From NCBI GenBank assembly GCA_965249485.1, contig OZ252239.1:1120001-1184000 (forward strand): a DNA stretch of 64,000 nucleotides, in the 5' to 3' direction. The DNA comes from a bacterium (lineage in GTDB: Bacteria > SM23-31). The notes beneath the pieces were generated by a model. It ran no database searches. It was not told the origin of the DNA and worked only from the letters and a program-made list of their open reading frames with translations. Both the position numbers and the translations under genes were made by a program. Below are positions 46,039 to 56,093 of this stretch, piece after piece; the first letter of the stretch is position 1, and every line of letters begins with the position of its first letter.

Positions 46039-46482
46039 TTAACCCTTAACAACCCAGAGCTTTATTTTTGCAGCGACTGCCGGATGGAGTTGAATTGTTA
46101 CAGTGTAAATCCCGAGCGCTTTAACGGGTTCATCAATCGAGATGAATTTTTTATCGATGATGAAGTTTTTTTCTTTCAAAAGGTCAGCAACATTCTGGCT
46201 CGTTACCGTACCAAAAATTCGGTCATCTTCGCCAACAGTTACCGTTGCTGTAACGGATACTTTCTCAAGATTTACTTTGATTTTTTCAGCCCCGACCTCT
46301 TCACGTTTTTCCTTCATTTCTACCTGTTTATGCTCTTCTTCAAGGACTTTCTTATTGCCCTTCGTCAACGGAAGAGCAATGCTTTTCGGCAACAGAAAAT
46401 TCCGGGCAAAACCGGGCTTAACATCAACAACATCACCCCGGGATCCGAGTGATTCATAATCCTGACGTAATAGTACTTTCAT
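46039..46482 (-). CDS. rplI: 50S ribosomal protein L9
   Basis: MKVLL...LG...VKPGFARNFLLP. Confidence 0.97.
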   Translation of the reverse strand: MKVLLRQDYESLGSRGDVVDVKPGFARNFLLPKSIALPLTKGNKKVLEEEHKQVEMKEKREEVGAEKIKVNLEKVSVTATVTVGEDDRIFGTVTSQNVADLLKEKNFIIDKKFISIDEPVKALGIYTVTIQLHPAVAAKIKLWVVKG

Positions 46483-46577
46483 ACAATATTATCCTTTATT
46501 TACCATGATTTCATCTGTTTACACCGGGAGTACGTTGTACTCGAACGGCTTTACAAGAAAACCACATTGTGAGACAA

Positions 46578-46808
46578 CTATCGTGCAATATCTGAAATAT
46601 AGGGAATTATTGCTAATTGTCTGGCGCGTTTAATAGACCGAACCAGCATGCGCTGATGTTTCGCACAGGTGCCCGAAATACGCCGCGGAATGATTTTTCC
46701 CTGCTCTGACGTAAACCGTGAGAGTCTTTTTTCATCTTTATAGTCGATATACGTCTCTTTATGCTCACAAAATCTGCAGATTCTCGCCATATGCTTAATA
46801 TTTTTCAC
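46578..46808 (-). CDS. rpsR: 30S ribosomal protein S18 (zinc-binding form)
   Basis: CRFC...IDYKD...[17 protein letters not shown]. Confidence 0.97.
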   Translation of the reverse strand: MKNIKHMARICRFCEHKETYIDYKDEKRLSRFTSEQGKIIPRRISGTCAKHQRMLVRSIKRARQLAIIPYISDIAR

Positions 46809-46901
46809 GGAATCAGCTCCTTTTCATCATATTGCTTGCACGACGACTCCTACATTCGAAGCCAAACTGAGGATATATTCGTGCAAATCAATGGTTCCGT
46901 T

Positions 46902-47345
46902 TTACAGGGAGAGGTTCGCCAGAGGTTCGTCATCTGAAAAGTCATCATCTGGAAAATTGTGTGTCTTGCTGTCATCTTCCGAGATAATTTCCAGTTTCGA
47001 CTTCTCATTGAGAAATTGAATCCGCTTTGCTTTAATTTCAACAACAGAACGGTTGATTCCGGTATCAAGCTTCCAGTTTTTGCTCTGAAGTTCACCCTCA
47101 ACCAGAATAGCACTTCCCTTCGCGAGATTTTAGTAACAGCTCTCAGCAAGTTTATGCCATGAAACTATCCCTACATAACAAACTTCCTCCCGCCATACAC
47201 CGCCGTTATCTTTATACTTCCTGCTGTAAGCGATCGGGAAATTCACAACGGGTGTTCTGTTTAATGTTGTTCGTAAAGTCGGATCACGTGTCAGGTTGCC
47301 TGCTATTGTTATAGAGTTAATATCGGGCATTTTCAAATCAGCCAT
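46902..47345 (-). CDS. ssb: Single-stranded DNA-binding protein with an in-frame TAA at 47130-47132
   Basis: IAGNLTRDP...LAESCY*NLAKGSAILVEGELQSKNW...VEIKAKRIQFL continues in the same frame; located between rpsF and rpsR. Confidence 0.9.
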
Positions 47346-47598
47346 GGTATTTTCTCTCTAATCATAAGTGTGCGCGAAAAAATCTAAACAATTATTGCTG
47401 CATTATTAACTAATGAATACAATAATTATTTATGCATACACAAATAATACAGAACAACATAAGGATTATTCAATTTATTTTTGATATACAACCATTAACA
47501 TATTAATGATTATAAATACAAATCCCCGTGTGCTCGGCAATTCCCTGACGTTTCTCTTTAAACCTCCCTCAAGAAAACATTAATTCTTTATTTAATAA

Positions 47599-48336
47599 CT
47601 ATTCCTGACCGGATTCATCGGTCTTCTTTTCGTCATTTTTTTCCGCATCATCTCCGTCCGATGCATCCTGGGAAGTTGCCTCTTCTGTTTCAATTCCATC
47701 GTCGGCGGATTGTTCCTCTTCAGTATCTACTGTTGCATCTTCCGGTTTATAATCACTATCTGATGATGCTTCTTCTTGAGCAGTTTCACTATCTAAATCG
47801 CTGGCTTTTGAGTCAGATTCAGTTTCAGTCTCTACTATCGGCTCAGATGAATCAGGTGTAGCACTTTCGACGTTTTCATCATCATCTTCTTTACTATCTG
47901 CAGTTTCTTGCTCTGTAGCTTCTTCTACTGTCGCAACTGTTTCTTGTTTCGCAACTGTGGATGCCTTTTGTTTCTCTGCAGCCTGCTCCGCTTCCTCTTT
48001 TGCCTTATTAGCATCGTAGTCTTTCTTACGCTGCTCTGCAAGTAACATTTTTTTGTCTTTATGGAGTGTCATAAACCGCAAGATATGCTCATTTAAGCGG
48101 TACTCTCGTTCCAATTCGTTGACGAGATCTGATGAAGCCTCGAAATCAAAAATTATGTAGTATCCATACTGAAACTTCTTAATGGGGTATGCCAATCGGC
48201 GTTTACCCCACCGGTTTGTCGACCGGAGCGTACCATCTTTTTTCTTAATTAATTCCTCATAACGGCCGACGATTCGGTCCAAAGTTTCCTCGTTCAGTGA
48301 AGAATTGACAATAATTATCGACTCGTAAATTTTCAT
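47599..48336 (-). CDS. rpsF: 30S ribosomal protein S6 with a long acidic C-terminal extension
   Basis: YESIII...WGKRRLAYPIKK...ILRFMT, then ~145 aa of charged/acidic sequence. Confidence 0.95.
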   Translation of the reverse strand: MKIYESIIIVNSSLNEETLDRIVGRYEELIKKKDGTLRSTNRWGKRRLAYPIKKFQYGYYIIFDFEASSDLVNELEREYRLNEHILRFMTLHKDKKMLLAEQRKKDYDANKAKEEAEQAAEKQKASTVAKQETVATVEEATEQETADSKEDDDENVESATPDSSEPIVETETESDSKASDLDSETAQEEASSDSDYKPEDATVDTEEEQSADDGIETEEATSQDASDGDDAEKNDEKKTDESGQE

Positions 48337-48372
48337 AAAAACTCCGTTATCTAAATAAAATGTGTACTATAA

Positions 48373-50361
48373 CTATTTAATAAGTGGTGCTATAACAAGC
48401 GAAACCACCGATGTCAATTTAATTAAGATATTCATAGATGGCCCGGATGTATCTTTAAACGGATCACCAACGGTATCACCGGTAACAGCAGCTTTATGCG
48501 CTTCGCTGCCCTTGCCACCAAGATTGCCTTGCTCAATATATTTTTTAGCATTATCCCAGGCACCACCGCCATTTGCCATAAGGAGCGCCATTAAAACGCC
48601 GCTCAATGTTGCACCGGCAAGCATACCTCCTAGAGCAGCTTTACCCATAGTGAATCCAACAATGACCGGCATAATCACTGCGACGATGCCGGGAATGATC
48701 ATCTCTTTAAGTGCCGCAGTTGTGCTGATATCGACACACCGTGCAGAATCGGGTTTTGCCGTTCCCTCCATGATTCCTTTGATTTCTCTAAACTGACGGC
48801 GAACTTCTTCAACCATTTTCTGTGCTGCACGCCCGACGGCCGCCATGGTGGTGGCTGCAATGAAAAAAGGAATCACACCACCGATAAAAAGCCCAATAAC
48901 AACCATATGGTTCTTAAGATCGATCACATCAATATCGGCTGCAACACCATAAGCGGAAAAGAGTGCAAGTGCGGTCAGAGCAGCAGAACCGATTGCAAAA
49001 CCTTTACCCATTGCTGCAGTTGTGTTGCCGAGTGAATCAAGGCTATCGGTTATTTTACGAATTTCATCACCAAGCTTAGCCATCTCCGTAATACCTCCGG
49101 CGTTATCAGCTATAGGTCCATATGCGTCAACCGACATGGTAATACCGACAGTTGCGAGCATGCCGACAGCAGCGATACCGATGCCGTAGAGGCCGGCAAA
49201 CTGGTGACCAAAATAAATTGCTGCACAAATAGTGAGCACAGGTGCCATGCAGCTTTCAAGTCCGATTGCAAAACCAGTTATAATGTTGGTTGCCGGACCG
49301 GTAGAACTTGCTTCTGCAATTTTCACAATCGGTTTACCGGACGTGTAATATTCGGTAAAAAGTCCGATAATAATACCGGCAAGAGAACCCGAAACGATTG
49401 CCCAGATAGTCTCAGACGGCAGCCTGAGTGCAGTAATTGCACCATAGGATCCGATCATCATGAGAACGGCAGCAAATATTGACGAGTAGCGGAGTATTGC
49501 AGCGGGGTCCATATTGCGGAGCACACGGACCGCAATAACACCCAGTAGTGACGTAATGAGTCCGATTACTGCTACCAGCACCGGAAGAAACATCCAGTTC
49601 AATGCATCGCCGCCGAAACTGGTCGCCGCATAGGCACCGAGGGCGATTGTTGCTATGACTGAACCGACATACGATTCAAAAATATCCGCGCCCATTCCAG
49701 CGACATCACCGACATTATCGCCCACATTATCTGCGATAGTAGCCGGGTTACGGGGATCGTCTTCCGGAATTCCGGCTTCAACTTTACCCACAAGATCGGC
49801 GCCGACATCCGCGGCTTTGGTGAAAATACCGCCCCCGACCCTGGCAAAGAGTGCAATCGAACTTGCGCCCATTGCAAAACCGCTTAACGAGTCAATATGG
49901 ATAATTCCAATTTTGTATAAAACAAAAAGAGATCCGAAACCGACAAGTCCGAGACTTGCAACAGACAGTCCCATTACCGCTCCGCCGTTGAATGCGACAA
50001 GCAGCGCTTTTCCCTGCCCACTCTCCTTGGCGGCCTGCGATGTCCGAACGTTAGCAATAGTTGCTGCTTGCATACCAAACAGACCGCAGATCAGCGAGCA
50101 GAGTGCTCCCGCGAGAAAGGCGAAAGCAGTTGCCTTATAAGGCATAAAGAAAAAGAGCAGGAAGAAAACAATGATAATAAATACAGATAGGATTTTGTAT
50201 TCCCGTTTCAGAAATACCATTGCGCCTTCATGAATTCTATCGGCAAGTTCACGCATCAATTCTGATCCGGGAGACATTTTCTTGATTGATATATAGAATG
50301 TGACTGCAATCAGAAGCCCCAGTACTCCAATTACAGGCGCAAATATCATCACATTATCCAT
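48373..50361 (-). CDS. hppA: Membrane-bound pyrophosphatase, K+-dependent (probably Na+-translocating)
   Basis: [26 protein letters not shown] (Ala indicates K+ dependence) and [10 protein letters not shown] motifs. Confidence 0.95.
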   Translation of the reverse strand: MDNVMIFAPVIGVLGLLIAVTFYISIKKMSPGSELMRELADRIHEGAMVFLKREYKILSVFIIIVFFLLFFFMPYKATAFAFLAGALCSLICGLFGMQAATIANVRTSQAAKESGQGKALLVAFNGGAVMGLSVASLGLVGFGSLFVLYKIGIIHIDSLSGFAMGASSIALFARVGGGIFTKAADVGADLVGKVEAGIPEDDPRNPATIADNVGDNVGDVAGMGADIFESYVGSVIATIALGAYAATSFGGDALNWMFLPVLVAVIGLITSLLGVIAVRVLRNMDPAAILRYSSIFAAVLMMIGSYGAITALRLPSETIWAIVSGSLAGIIIGLFTEYYTSGKPIVKIAEASSTGPATNIITGFAIGLESCMAPVLTICAAIYFGHQFAGLYGIGIAAVGMLATVGITMSVDAYGPIADNAGGITEMAKLGDEIRKITDSLDSLGNTTAAMGKGFAIGSAALTALALFSAYGVAADIDVIDLKNHMVVIGLFIGGVIPFFIAATTMAAVGRAAQKMVEEVRRQFREIKGIMEGTAKPDSARCVDISTTAALKEMIIPGIVAVIMPVIVGFTMGKAALGGMLAGATLSGVLMALLMANGGGAWDNAKKYIEQGNLGGKGSEAHKAAVTGDTVGDPFKDTSGPSMNILIKLTSVVSLVIAPLIK

Positions 50362-50435
50362 TATTCAGTCTCCACAATATAGGTTAACATACTATAATCA
50401 TATATTTACATTCGTATAAATAAAATTCGTAGCGA

Positions 50436-51011
50436 TCACAATTCTAGGTGATTACCATTAAACGTGTTCATGGTTTTTTCTATACCATCGGAAAACCAAC
50501 TCATAACAGAATCTTCTGCACGTCCGAGCAGCATTTCTAATTGCTGCCGCTCTCTGCGCGTAAAATTCGACAGCACGTATGAACTCGCATTCGCAATTGC
50601 CGGTCTGTTACGGATACCAAACCGGAACCGAGGAATCTCATCAGTGCCGAGTTCTGAAATTATCGATTTCATGCCCCTGTTTCCGGCATCTTTACCACGT
50701 GATCTGTACCGGAACGTACCGAAATCCAGATCGATATCATCAAGGACGATCAGCACATTACTTATAGGGAAATCGTAATATCTGGTAATTTCGCGTACGG
50801 CAATCCCGCTCCTGTTCATATAAGTGAGCGGTTTGACGAAAAACACTTTTTCTCCGCCAATAAATCCGTTAGCGGATAGAAATAACCCTTTTTTTTTCTC
50901 AAATGAGACGCCCATTGATTGGGCAAGTTTGTCGATTATCTGATATCCGACATTATGTCTGGTTAGGGAATAACGAGGTTCCGGATTTCCCAAACCCACG
51001 ATGCAGTGCAT
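50436..51011 (-). CDS. pth: Peptidyl-tRNA hydrolase
   Basis: IVGLGNP, TRHNVG, KPLTYMNRSG and DDIDL motifs; start MHCIV directly after the rplY stop. Confidence 0.95.
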   Translation of the reverse strand: MHCIVGLGNPEPRYSLTRHNVGYQIIDKLAQSMGVSFEKKKGLFLSANGFIGGEKVFFVKPLTYMNRSGIAVREITRYYDFPISNVLIVLDDIDLDFGTFRYRSRGKDAGNRGMKSIISELGTDEIPRFRFGIRNRPAIANASSYVLSNFTRRERQQLEMLLGRAEDSVMSWFSDGIEKTMNTFNGNHLEL

Positions 51012-51012
51012 G

Positions 51013-51672
51013 TTATTCGCTTTCGCCGGCTTCCGCGCCTTCTTCGGCCTGATCATCTTCCGGAGCTGCCTCAGCATCTTCTTCAAGTTCTTCAGCCTCT
51101 TCATCCACAACCTCAGCAATAACAACGACTTTCGGCAGAATAACATTCAAAATCGGCACATCTCCACGGTTCAATATTCTGATGTTCTCCAACTCAAGAT
51201 CATCAATATGAAAAGATTCGCCGATTTCCATTTTTGATACATCTACAATGATACTTTCGGGAATATCCTTTGGCAGACATTCAATGTCAAGCTCACGAGT
51301 AATATTCTCCACAATTCCTCCGGTCTTAACGCCGACCGGAATACCTTCAAGATGTATCGGCACCGTGACGGTGATTTTTTCCCCTCGTTTGATCCCCATT
51401 AAGTCGAGGTGAGTTACCGTAGTAGAAATGGGATCCCGCTGAATATCACGAACAATTACCTCGCGGGTGTTTCCATTATCCATTTCGAGAGTAATGAGGG
51501 CAGGTTTTGAAGCAAGTGTAGCAGCAACTTCTTTTGCTACAAATGTGAGGGGCACAGCTTCTTCACCGCGGATATAAAAAATTCCCGGTATTTTGCCGTC
51601 CCGACGGAGCGATTTGGCATATCCTTTACCAGATTTGCTTCGGACTAAAGCCGAAAGTGTTTTTACCGACAT
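51013..51672 (-). CDS. rplY: 50S ribosomal protein L25 (Ctc type)
   Basis: LRRDGKIPG, IQRDP, HLDL and GVKTGG motifs; acidic tail. Confidence 0.95.
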   Translation of the reverse strand: MSVKTLSALVRSKSGKGYAKSLRRDGKIPGIFYIRGEEAVPLTFVAKEVAATLASKPALITLEMDNGNTREVIVRDIQRDPISTTVTHLDLMGIKRGEKITVTVPIHLEGIPVGVKTGGIVENITRELDIECLPKDIPESIIVDVSKMEIGESFHIDDLELENIRILNRGDVPILNVILPKVVVIAEVVDEEAEELEEDAEAAPEDDQAEEGAEAGESE

Positions 51673-51723
51673 GGTCTCACCTAAAATCTTTTTTTAATTA
51701 TTAGTTACCGAAAATTATCATAC

Positions 51724-52671
51724 TTAAACATCAAACATATCAAAAAGTGAACTGATAGATTCACCATTGTGGAGCCGCATAATTGCTTTTCCGAAGACAT
51801 TACCGACAGATACAACTTCAACCTTGTCGAACATCCTGCTATTAGACAAAGGGATTGTATCGGTAATAGTTATTTTGGTAAGCTCCGAGTTTTTGAGCCG
51901 GTCAATTGCATCTCCCGAAAATACAGGATGGGCACAACCGGCCTGAACACTCTTAACACCGGCATTAATCAACGCATTCGTTGCAGCAACAAGAGTCCCC
52001 GCAGTGTCGATCATGTCGTCGAGTATCAATATATTCTTCCCCTCGACTTCACCGATGATATGAATAATCTCAGACTTATTTGGTTCTGGTCTCCGCTTAT
52101 CCAGAATAGCAATCGGACACTGCATAAGCTTTGCATAAGCACGGGCAAGCCGGACAGATCCGATATCGGGCCCGACAATGACAAGATCTTCAATTTCCTG
52201 AGAACGATAATGTTCGAGCAGCACCATTGATGAATACAAATGGTCGACCGGAATATCAAAAAAGGCCTGAATCTGTGCCGAATGCAGGTCCATCGTTAAT
52301 ACCCGATCAGCGCCGGCAGTCTCAAGTAAGTCTGCGCAGAGTTTTGATGTAATCGGTACTCTGGGTTTATCTTTTCGATCTTGGCGCGCATACCCAAAAT
52401 AGGGGATTACGGCTGTAATTCTTCCTGCTGATGCACGTTTAGCGGCATCAAGCATTATCAAGAGCTCCATCCAGTTATCACCGGGTGGCTGGGTCGATTG
52501 AATTATAAAAACATCTGCACCACGAATGTTTTCTTCAATCTTTACCCGAATCTCTCCATCCGAATACTTGGAAACAAATGCATCGCTCAACGATAGATTG
52601 AGAGATGAAGCTATGTCTTCCGAAAGCGCTTTGTTCGAATTACCAGAAAATATTTTTAGATCGTACGACAT
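51724..52671 (-). CDS. prs: Ribose-phosphate pyrophosphokinase
   Basis: PYFGYARQDRK, DLHSAQIQ and DDMIDTAGT motifs. Confidence 0.98.
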   Translation of the reverse strand: MSYDLKIFSGNSNKALSEDIASSLNLSLSDAFVSKYSDGEIRVKIEENIRGADVFIIQSTQPPGDNWMELLIMLDAAKRASAGRITAVIPYFGYARQDRKDKPRVPITSKLCADLLETAGADRVLTMDLHSAQIQAFFDIPVDHLYSSMVLLEHYRSQEIEDLVIVGPDIGSVRLARAYAKLMQCPIAILDKRRPEPNKSEIIHIIGEVEGKNILILDDMIDTAGTLVAATNALINAGVKSVQAGCAHPVFSGDAIDRLKNSELTKITITDTIPLSNSRMFDKVEVVSVGNVFGKAIMRLHNGESISSLFDMFDV

Positions 52672-52739
52672 GAAAAAAAACCGTGCTCACTCACTTGAAC
52701 TTTTTCGCTCTAACAAACGCTTTGCTGTGCCGGCAGTCG

Positions 52740-52811
52740 CTGGGGCGGGAGGATTCGAACCTCCGCATGCAGGATCCAAAACCCTGTGTCTTACCACTTG
52801 ACGACGCCCCA
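52740..52811 (-). tRNA. tRNA-Gln(UUG), CCA not encoded
   Basis: TGGGGCGTCGTCAAGTGGTAAGACACAGGGTTTTGGATCCTGCATGCGGAGGTTCGAATCCTCCCGCCCCAG; usual position upstream of prs. Confidence 0.96.
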
Positions 52812-52933
52812 CCAAAATCAACACAAATCTTTGCGGTCAGAATACCCGAACTTATAACCAGTATAATAATTCCTAAAAAATCAAAAAAATGACACATAAA
52901 GTAGGTATATTCTTTTAAAAAATCAAGGGATAT

Positions 52934-53530
52934 TTATTGATAAAATCTACGGAATGTTTCTGTCCGAATAGCTTCGAGACTTGACCTGAATTCATTTTGC
53001 ATTACACGTTTGACGAGAAACCGGGGAGCAAAAAAGTTTGGTTTTACAACTGCTTCGTAAACGAGCTCGACAGATCCGGCATTTGAATGCGTTAATAAAC
53101 TCCACTGCCCCGAATAATAGTGGAAAGGGCCGTCAAGAATCTCAAACTGGAACGAATCCTGAGGGAATTCTTGAACTTTTAAGGTGACTTCGACGGTCTT
53201 CCCGAATATCAAGAAACGCATTTCCCCTTTTTGATAGATAACGACACTGTTGCCGCTCCTCGATATCTCTTGTGCATCGGTAACATTGGAGATAAATGAC
53301 TCGATTTCATTATAGTCTGTAATGACACTCCAGACATCATGCTGCGCTGAAGGGATAGTTACTTTTCCGTGAATATACGTTGAGCCGTCGAGTGTATCCT
53401 GCGTAAAAATTTCGACAGGAATATTCCAGTCAATCGTTGATTGAGTCTCTTGTGCAAATGATAACAACGGTATTAAAAGGAATAATGAGACAGGTAAGAA
53501 ATGTTGAACAGTTTTGCATATTGGATACAT
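52934..53530 (-). CDS. SRPBCC/START (polyketide cyclase-like) protein with a signal peptide
   Basis: VWSVITDY...FI, GPFHYYSGQW and P.FLV pattern. Confidence 0.75.
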   Translation of the reverse strand: MYPICKTVQHFLPVSLFLLIPLLSFAQETQSTIDWNIPVEIFTQDTLDGSTYIHGKVTIPSAQHDVWSVITDYNEIESFISNVTDAQEISRSGNSVVIYQKGEMRFLIFGKTVEVTLKVQEFPQDSFQFEILDGPFHYYSGQWSLLTHSNAGSVELVYEAVVKPNFFAPRFLVKRVMQNEFRSSLEAIRTETFRRFYQ

Positions 53531-53536
53531 GATATT

Positions 53537-54067
53537 CTACGAGCCTGTTCTGATGTGCTGTACAATAATGGTGTAAGGAGAATCGGCTGTGTCGATTATT
53601 CTGCACACAAGAAATTTCCCATCCCGACGTGCGGCGAATATATGTCCCCTGTTAGCATTGTATTGAAATGTTTCGACAATATTCTCTTTAAACCGGAGGG
53701 GAAGAGAAAGAGTCTGATGGTCTGCTGCCGGATCGACCATGTTTCTGTTAACGGTCCATTTTAATTCTGCTCCTCTCGATTCAAAATACTGTACAATTCG
53801 TTCAACTGAATCGGTCGTGCGGAAGATCAAGTCCATATCTCTCTCATCATACACGAAACCTTTCAGTATAGCCCCATTTGGATAGAGAGGGATTTCCCCA
53901 GGAAAAAAATTGGGTACGGTGTAAATTACAAAGTTTCGAGAATTGTCGGGAAATTGTTTTATGAGTCCCTGAACGGGTCCGCGTGGTTGGATTGGCCGAT
54001 TAGGTGCGCAACCGGTCCAGATTATCAGTGCGCTGATAATAGTCATCAAATAAAACCGAAAGAACAT
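53537..54067 (-). CDS. Hypothetical lipoprotein
   Basis: Hydrophobic stretch ending IWTGC; PNFFPGEIPLYPNG motif; start uncertain. Confidence 0.55.
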   Translation of the reverse strand: MFFRFYLMTIISALIIWTGCAPNRPIQPRGPVQGLIKQFPDNSRNFVIYTVPNFFPGEIPLYPNGAILKGFVYDERDMDLIFRTTDSVERIVQYFESRGAELKWTVNRNMVDPAADHQTLSLPLRFKENIVETFQYNANRGHIFAARRDGKFLVCRIIDTADSPYTIIVQHIRTGS

Positions 54068-54297
54068 AAATTGATTGCTTATTTGTTTTCTCTGGTATAT
54101 TTTTATACAAGATATAACGGGACATTCCTTAGGCGCCGGTTTACCCCGCGATTTATACAACATGTTCATAAAGAACATCGCAGTGTGGAGGTCTTACGTT
54201 TTTTGTGAATAGATCATTTGTGTCGGGCTAGTATAGGGATTCTTTTTTCTAAAAAGAAAGTGAAAAGAGAAATTGCTGTAAATCTCCGGGAGAATTA

Positions 54298-54774
54298 ATG
54301 GCAACCAAACAATTTTATTATAAGTTCATAATTAATAGTGCAGTATTATTGCTGTCCTTTTCAAATTTACTTGGACAACAAAATGTTGAAAGTATCACTT
54401 CAAGTGAGATTCTCCTTGGAGATTATTGGGATCCCGAAACACGCGAATTGTCTATAATATTTGATAACCAATCGTTACTCGATCTAGAGGGACAAGGTTC
54501 GAGGAGAGTCCAACTATGGGTCGAAATCCGGAACGGAACCGGCCGCCTGTTAACATGGGTATTTGAATACCCGAACGGCATCCGGCAGGAAGTGTTTACG
54601 CAGCGGATTAGGTATGGACGATTCCGTACATATCTTGAGAAGACTTTTCACGAAAAGATGTGGGATCCTTCCCGGAAGCAGCTTATATCCAACACAGGGC
54701 TCTGCAAAATTCTCCTTATTGATAAGGAGGATAACAACAATATAGTTGCAACGAAGCAAATAGAACTTAAATAA
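54298..54774 (+). CDS. Exported hypothetical protein
   Basis: RBS GGGAG; signal-peptide-like N-terminus; 158 aa. Confidence 0.55.
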   Translation: MATKQFYYKFIINSAVLLLSFSNLLGQQNVESITSSEILLGDYWDPETRELSIIFDNQSLLDLEGQGSRRVQLWVEIRNGTGRLLTWVFEYPNGIRQEVFTQRIRYGRFRTYLEKTFHEKMWDPSRKQLISNTGLCKILLIDKEDNNNIVATKQIELK

Positions 54775-55082
54775 CTGATTTGATAATTATAAGGTACAGA
54801 CGATATTCAAGGAAAATATTCTTGCCATTTATCATTAAAATGCCTATACTATAAAGCTTTTGTATTTGGCTGGCTATATGGCCTGTCGCTGTTTCTGCAT
54901 ATGAGCATGTTCTGTATATAAAAATGTATATAATAACCGGATATCGTAACCAAGGACAAGTATTGCCTAGTCCGAAAATACTTGAATAGATTATTGACGT
55001 ATGGATTGGATGGTAGTTCAAAATAAACCTCGAAGTATACTGAAATTTCACTATACTGACATCCCTTCATGTGAAATTTTTT

Positions 55083-55121
55083 AAAATGCACCCGAACTGT
55101 AATTGGGGTGCATTTTTTTTT
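55083..55121 (+). terminator. Intrinsic terminator-like hairpin upstream of the zinc-ribbon gene
   Basis: AAAATGCACCC-N12-GGGTGCA followed by T9. Confidence 0.7.
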
Positions 55122-55165
55122 GTTCATGTTGTTTAACCCTTCACCATTAATAGAAGATTGAGCTT

Positions 55166-55900
55166 ATGTCCAATTTAAAAGAGACTCTGGAATTATTAGC
55201 CGCACTCCAGGATGTGGATAAAAAAATGTTTCATCTTGAGTTATCCAAAGGGGACCTTCCAAAATTAGTAACTCATCTGAAAAATTCAATACTGGCTGTT
55301 GAAAATCAGATTGAAACAATTCGTAATTCTATTAGAGAAGCTAATAAAGAGCAAGTTAACACAGAAAATCTTGTTGAACTTGCTCAGGGAAAATTAAAAA
55401 AGTATCAAAATCAGCTTTATGATGTCACTAGCAATAAAGAATATGATGCGATTACCCATGAGATAGAGTTGAAAAATAAAGAGATTGAAGAAGGTGAATT
55501 ATACGTGCTGGAAAGTATACAATTGAATGAAGAAGAACAAAGTCAACTCAATGAGCAGGAACAGGAACTGAAACAGCTTAAAAGTGACCTAAAATCAAAG
55601 GCAAAAGAGCTCAACACCTTGACAAAGAAAACGGAAAAAGAAGAGTTGAAACTCAATCATCAGCGTGAGAAATTAATTGTCAGGATAAAAAATGCTACTT
55701 TAAACCGTTACGACAGAATAAGAAAAGCAAAAAGTGGTATAGCAGTTGTTCCTATAAAACGTGATGCGTGTGGTGGTTGTTTTAAATCAATCCCACCCCA
55801 AAAAATAGTCGAAGTCGGTAACCTCGAACGACTCATTCAATGTGATGTGTGCGGCAGAATTCTCATTCCGGAAGAAAAGCTTGATGCTATCCCTTTCTAA
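55166..55900 (+). CDS. Coiled-coil protein with a C4 zinc ribbon (CT398/HP0958-like)
   Basis: LQDVD, NKEYDAITHEI and CGGC...CDVCGRIL motifs. Confidence 0.9.
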   Translation: MSNLKETLELLAALQDVDKKMFHLELSKGDLPKLVTHLKNSILAVENQIETIRNSIREANKEQVNTENLVELAQGKLKKYQNQLYDVTSNKEYDAITHEIELKNKEIEEGELYVLESIQLNEEEQSQLNEQEQELKQLKSDLKSKAKELNTLTKKTEKEELKLNHQREKLIVRIKNATLNRYDRIRKAKSGIAVVPIKRDACGGCFKSIPPQKIVEVGNLERLIQCDVCGRILIPEEKLDAIPF

Positions 55901-56093
55901 GGGTGACACTGAGCGGTTTTAAATTATTCTAACCTTGCAATGTTTACCCCACCATACTTGGATTCCGTCACCAATATGCGAAGGAAAAAAGGTGCTATCC
56001 TTAAAATATGCAATACATATATTTCGCTCATAATATTTCTATTATATTGAGAAAGACAACTGCTGTTTTTCGGGGAATTGTATGTGTTTAGAT

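Noticed and set aside
33174..47132. Stop-codon reassignment (TAG/TAA to Gln) or pyrrolysine insertion
   Set aside because: TAG ends khpA, queC, rpsR, rpsF and hppA at their expected termini, and TAA ends many other genes. No suppressor tRNA or pyl genes are in the window. Frameshifts and apparent missense errors nearby point to a noisy consensus.
55000..55070. Fluoride (crcB) riboswitch
   Set aside because: GATGG...GTTC...TAAACC is similar, but the GGxGATG/CxCC stem and the GCTRATGAC element are missing, and the downstream gene is unrelated.
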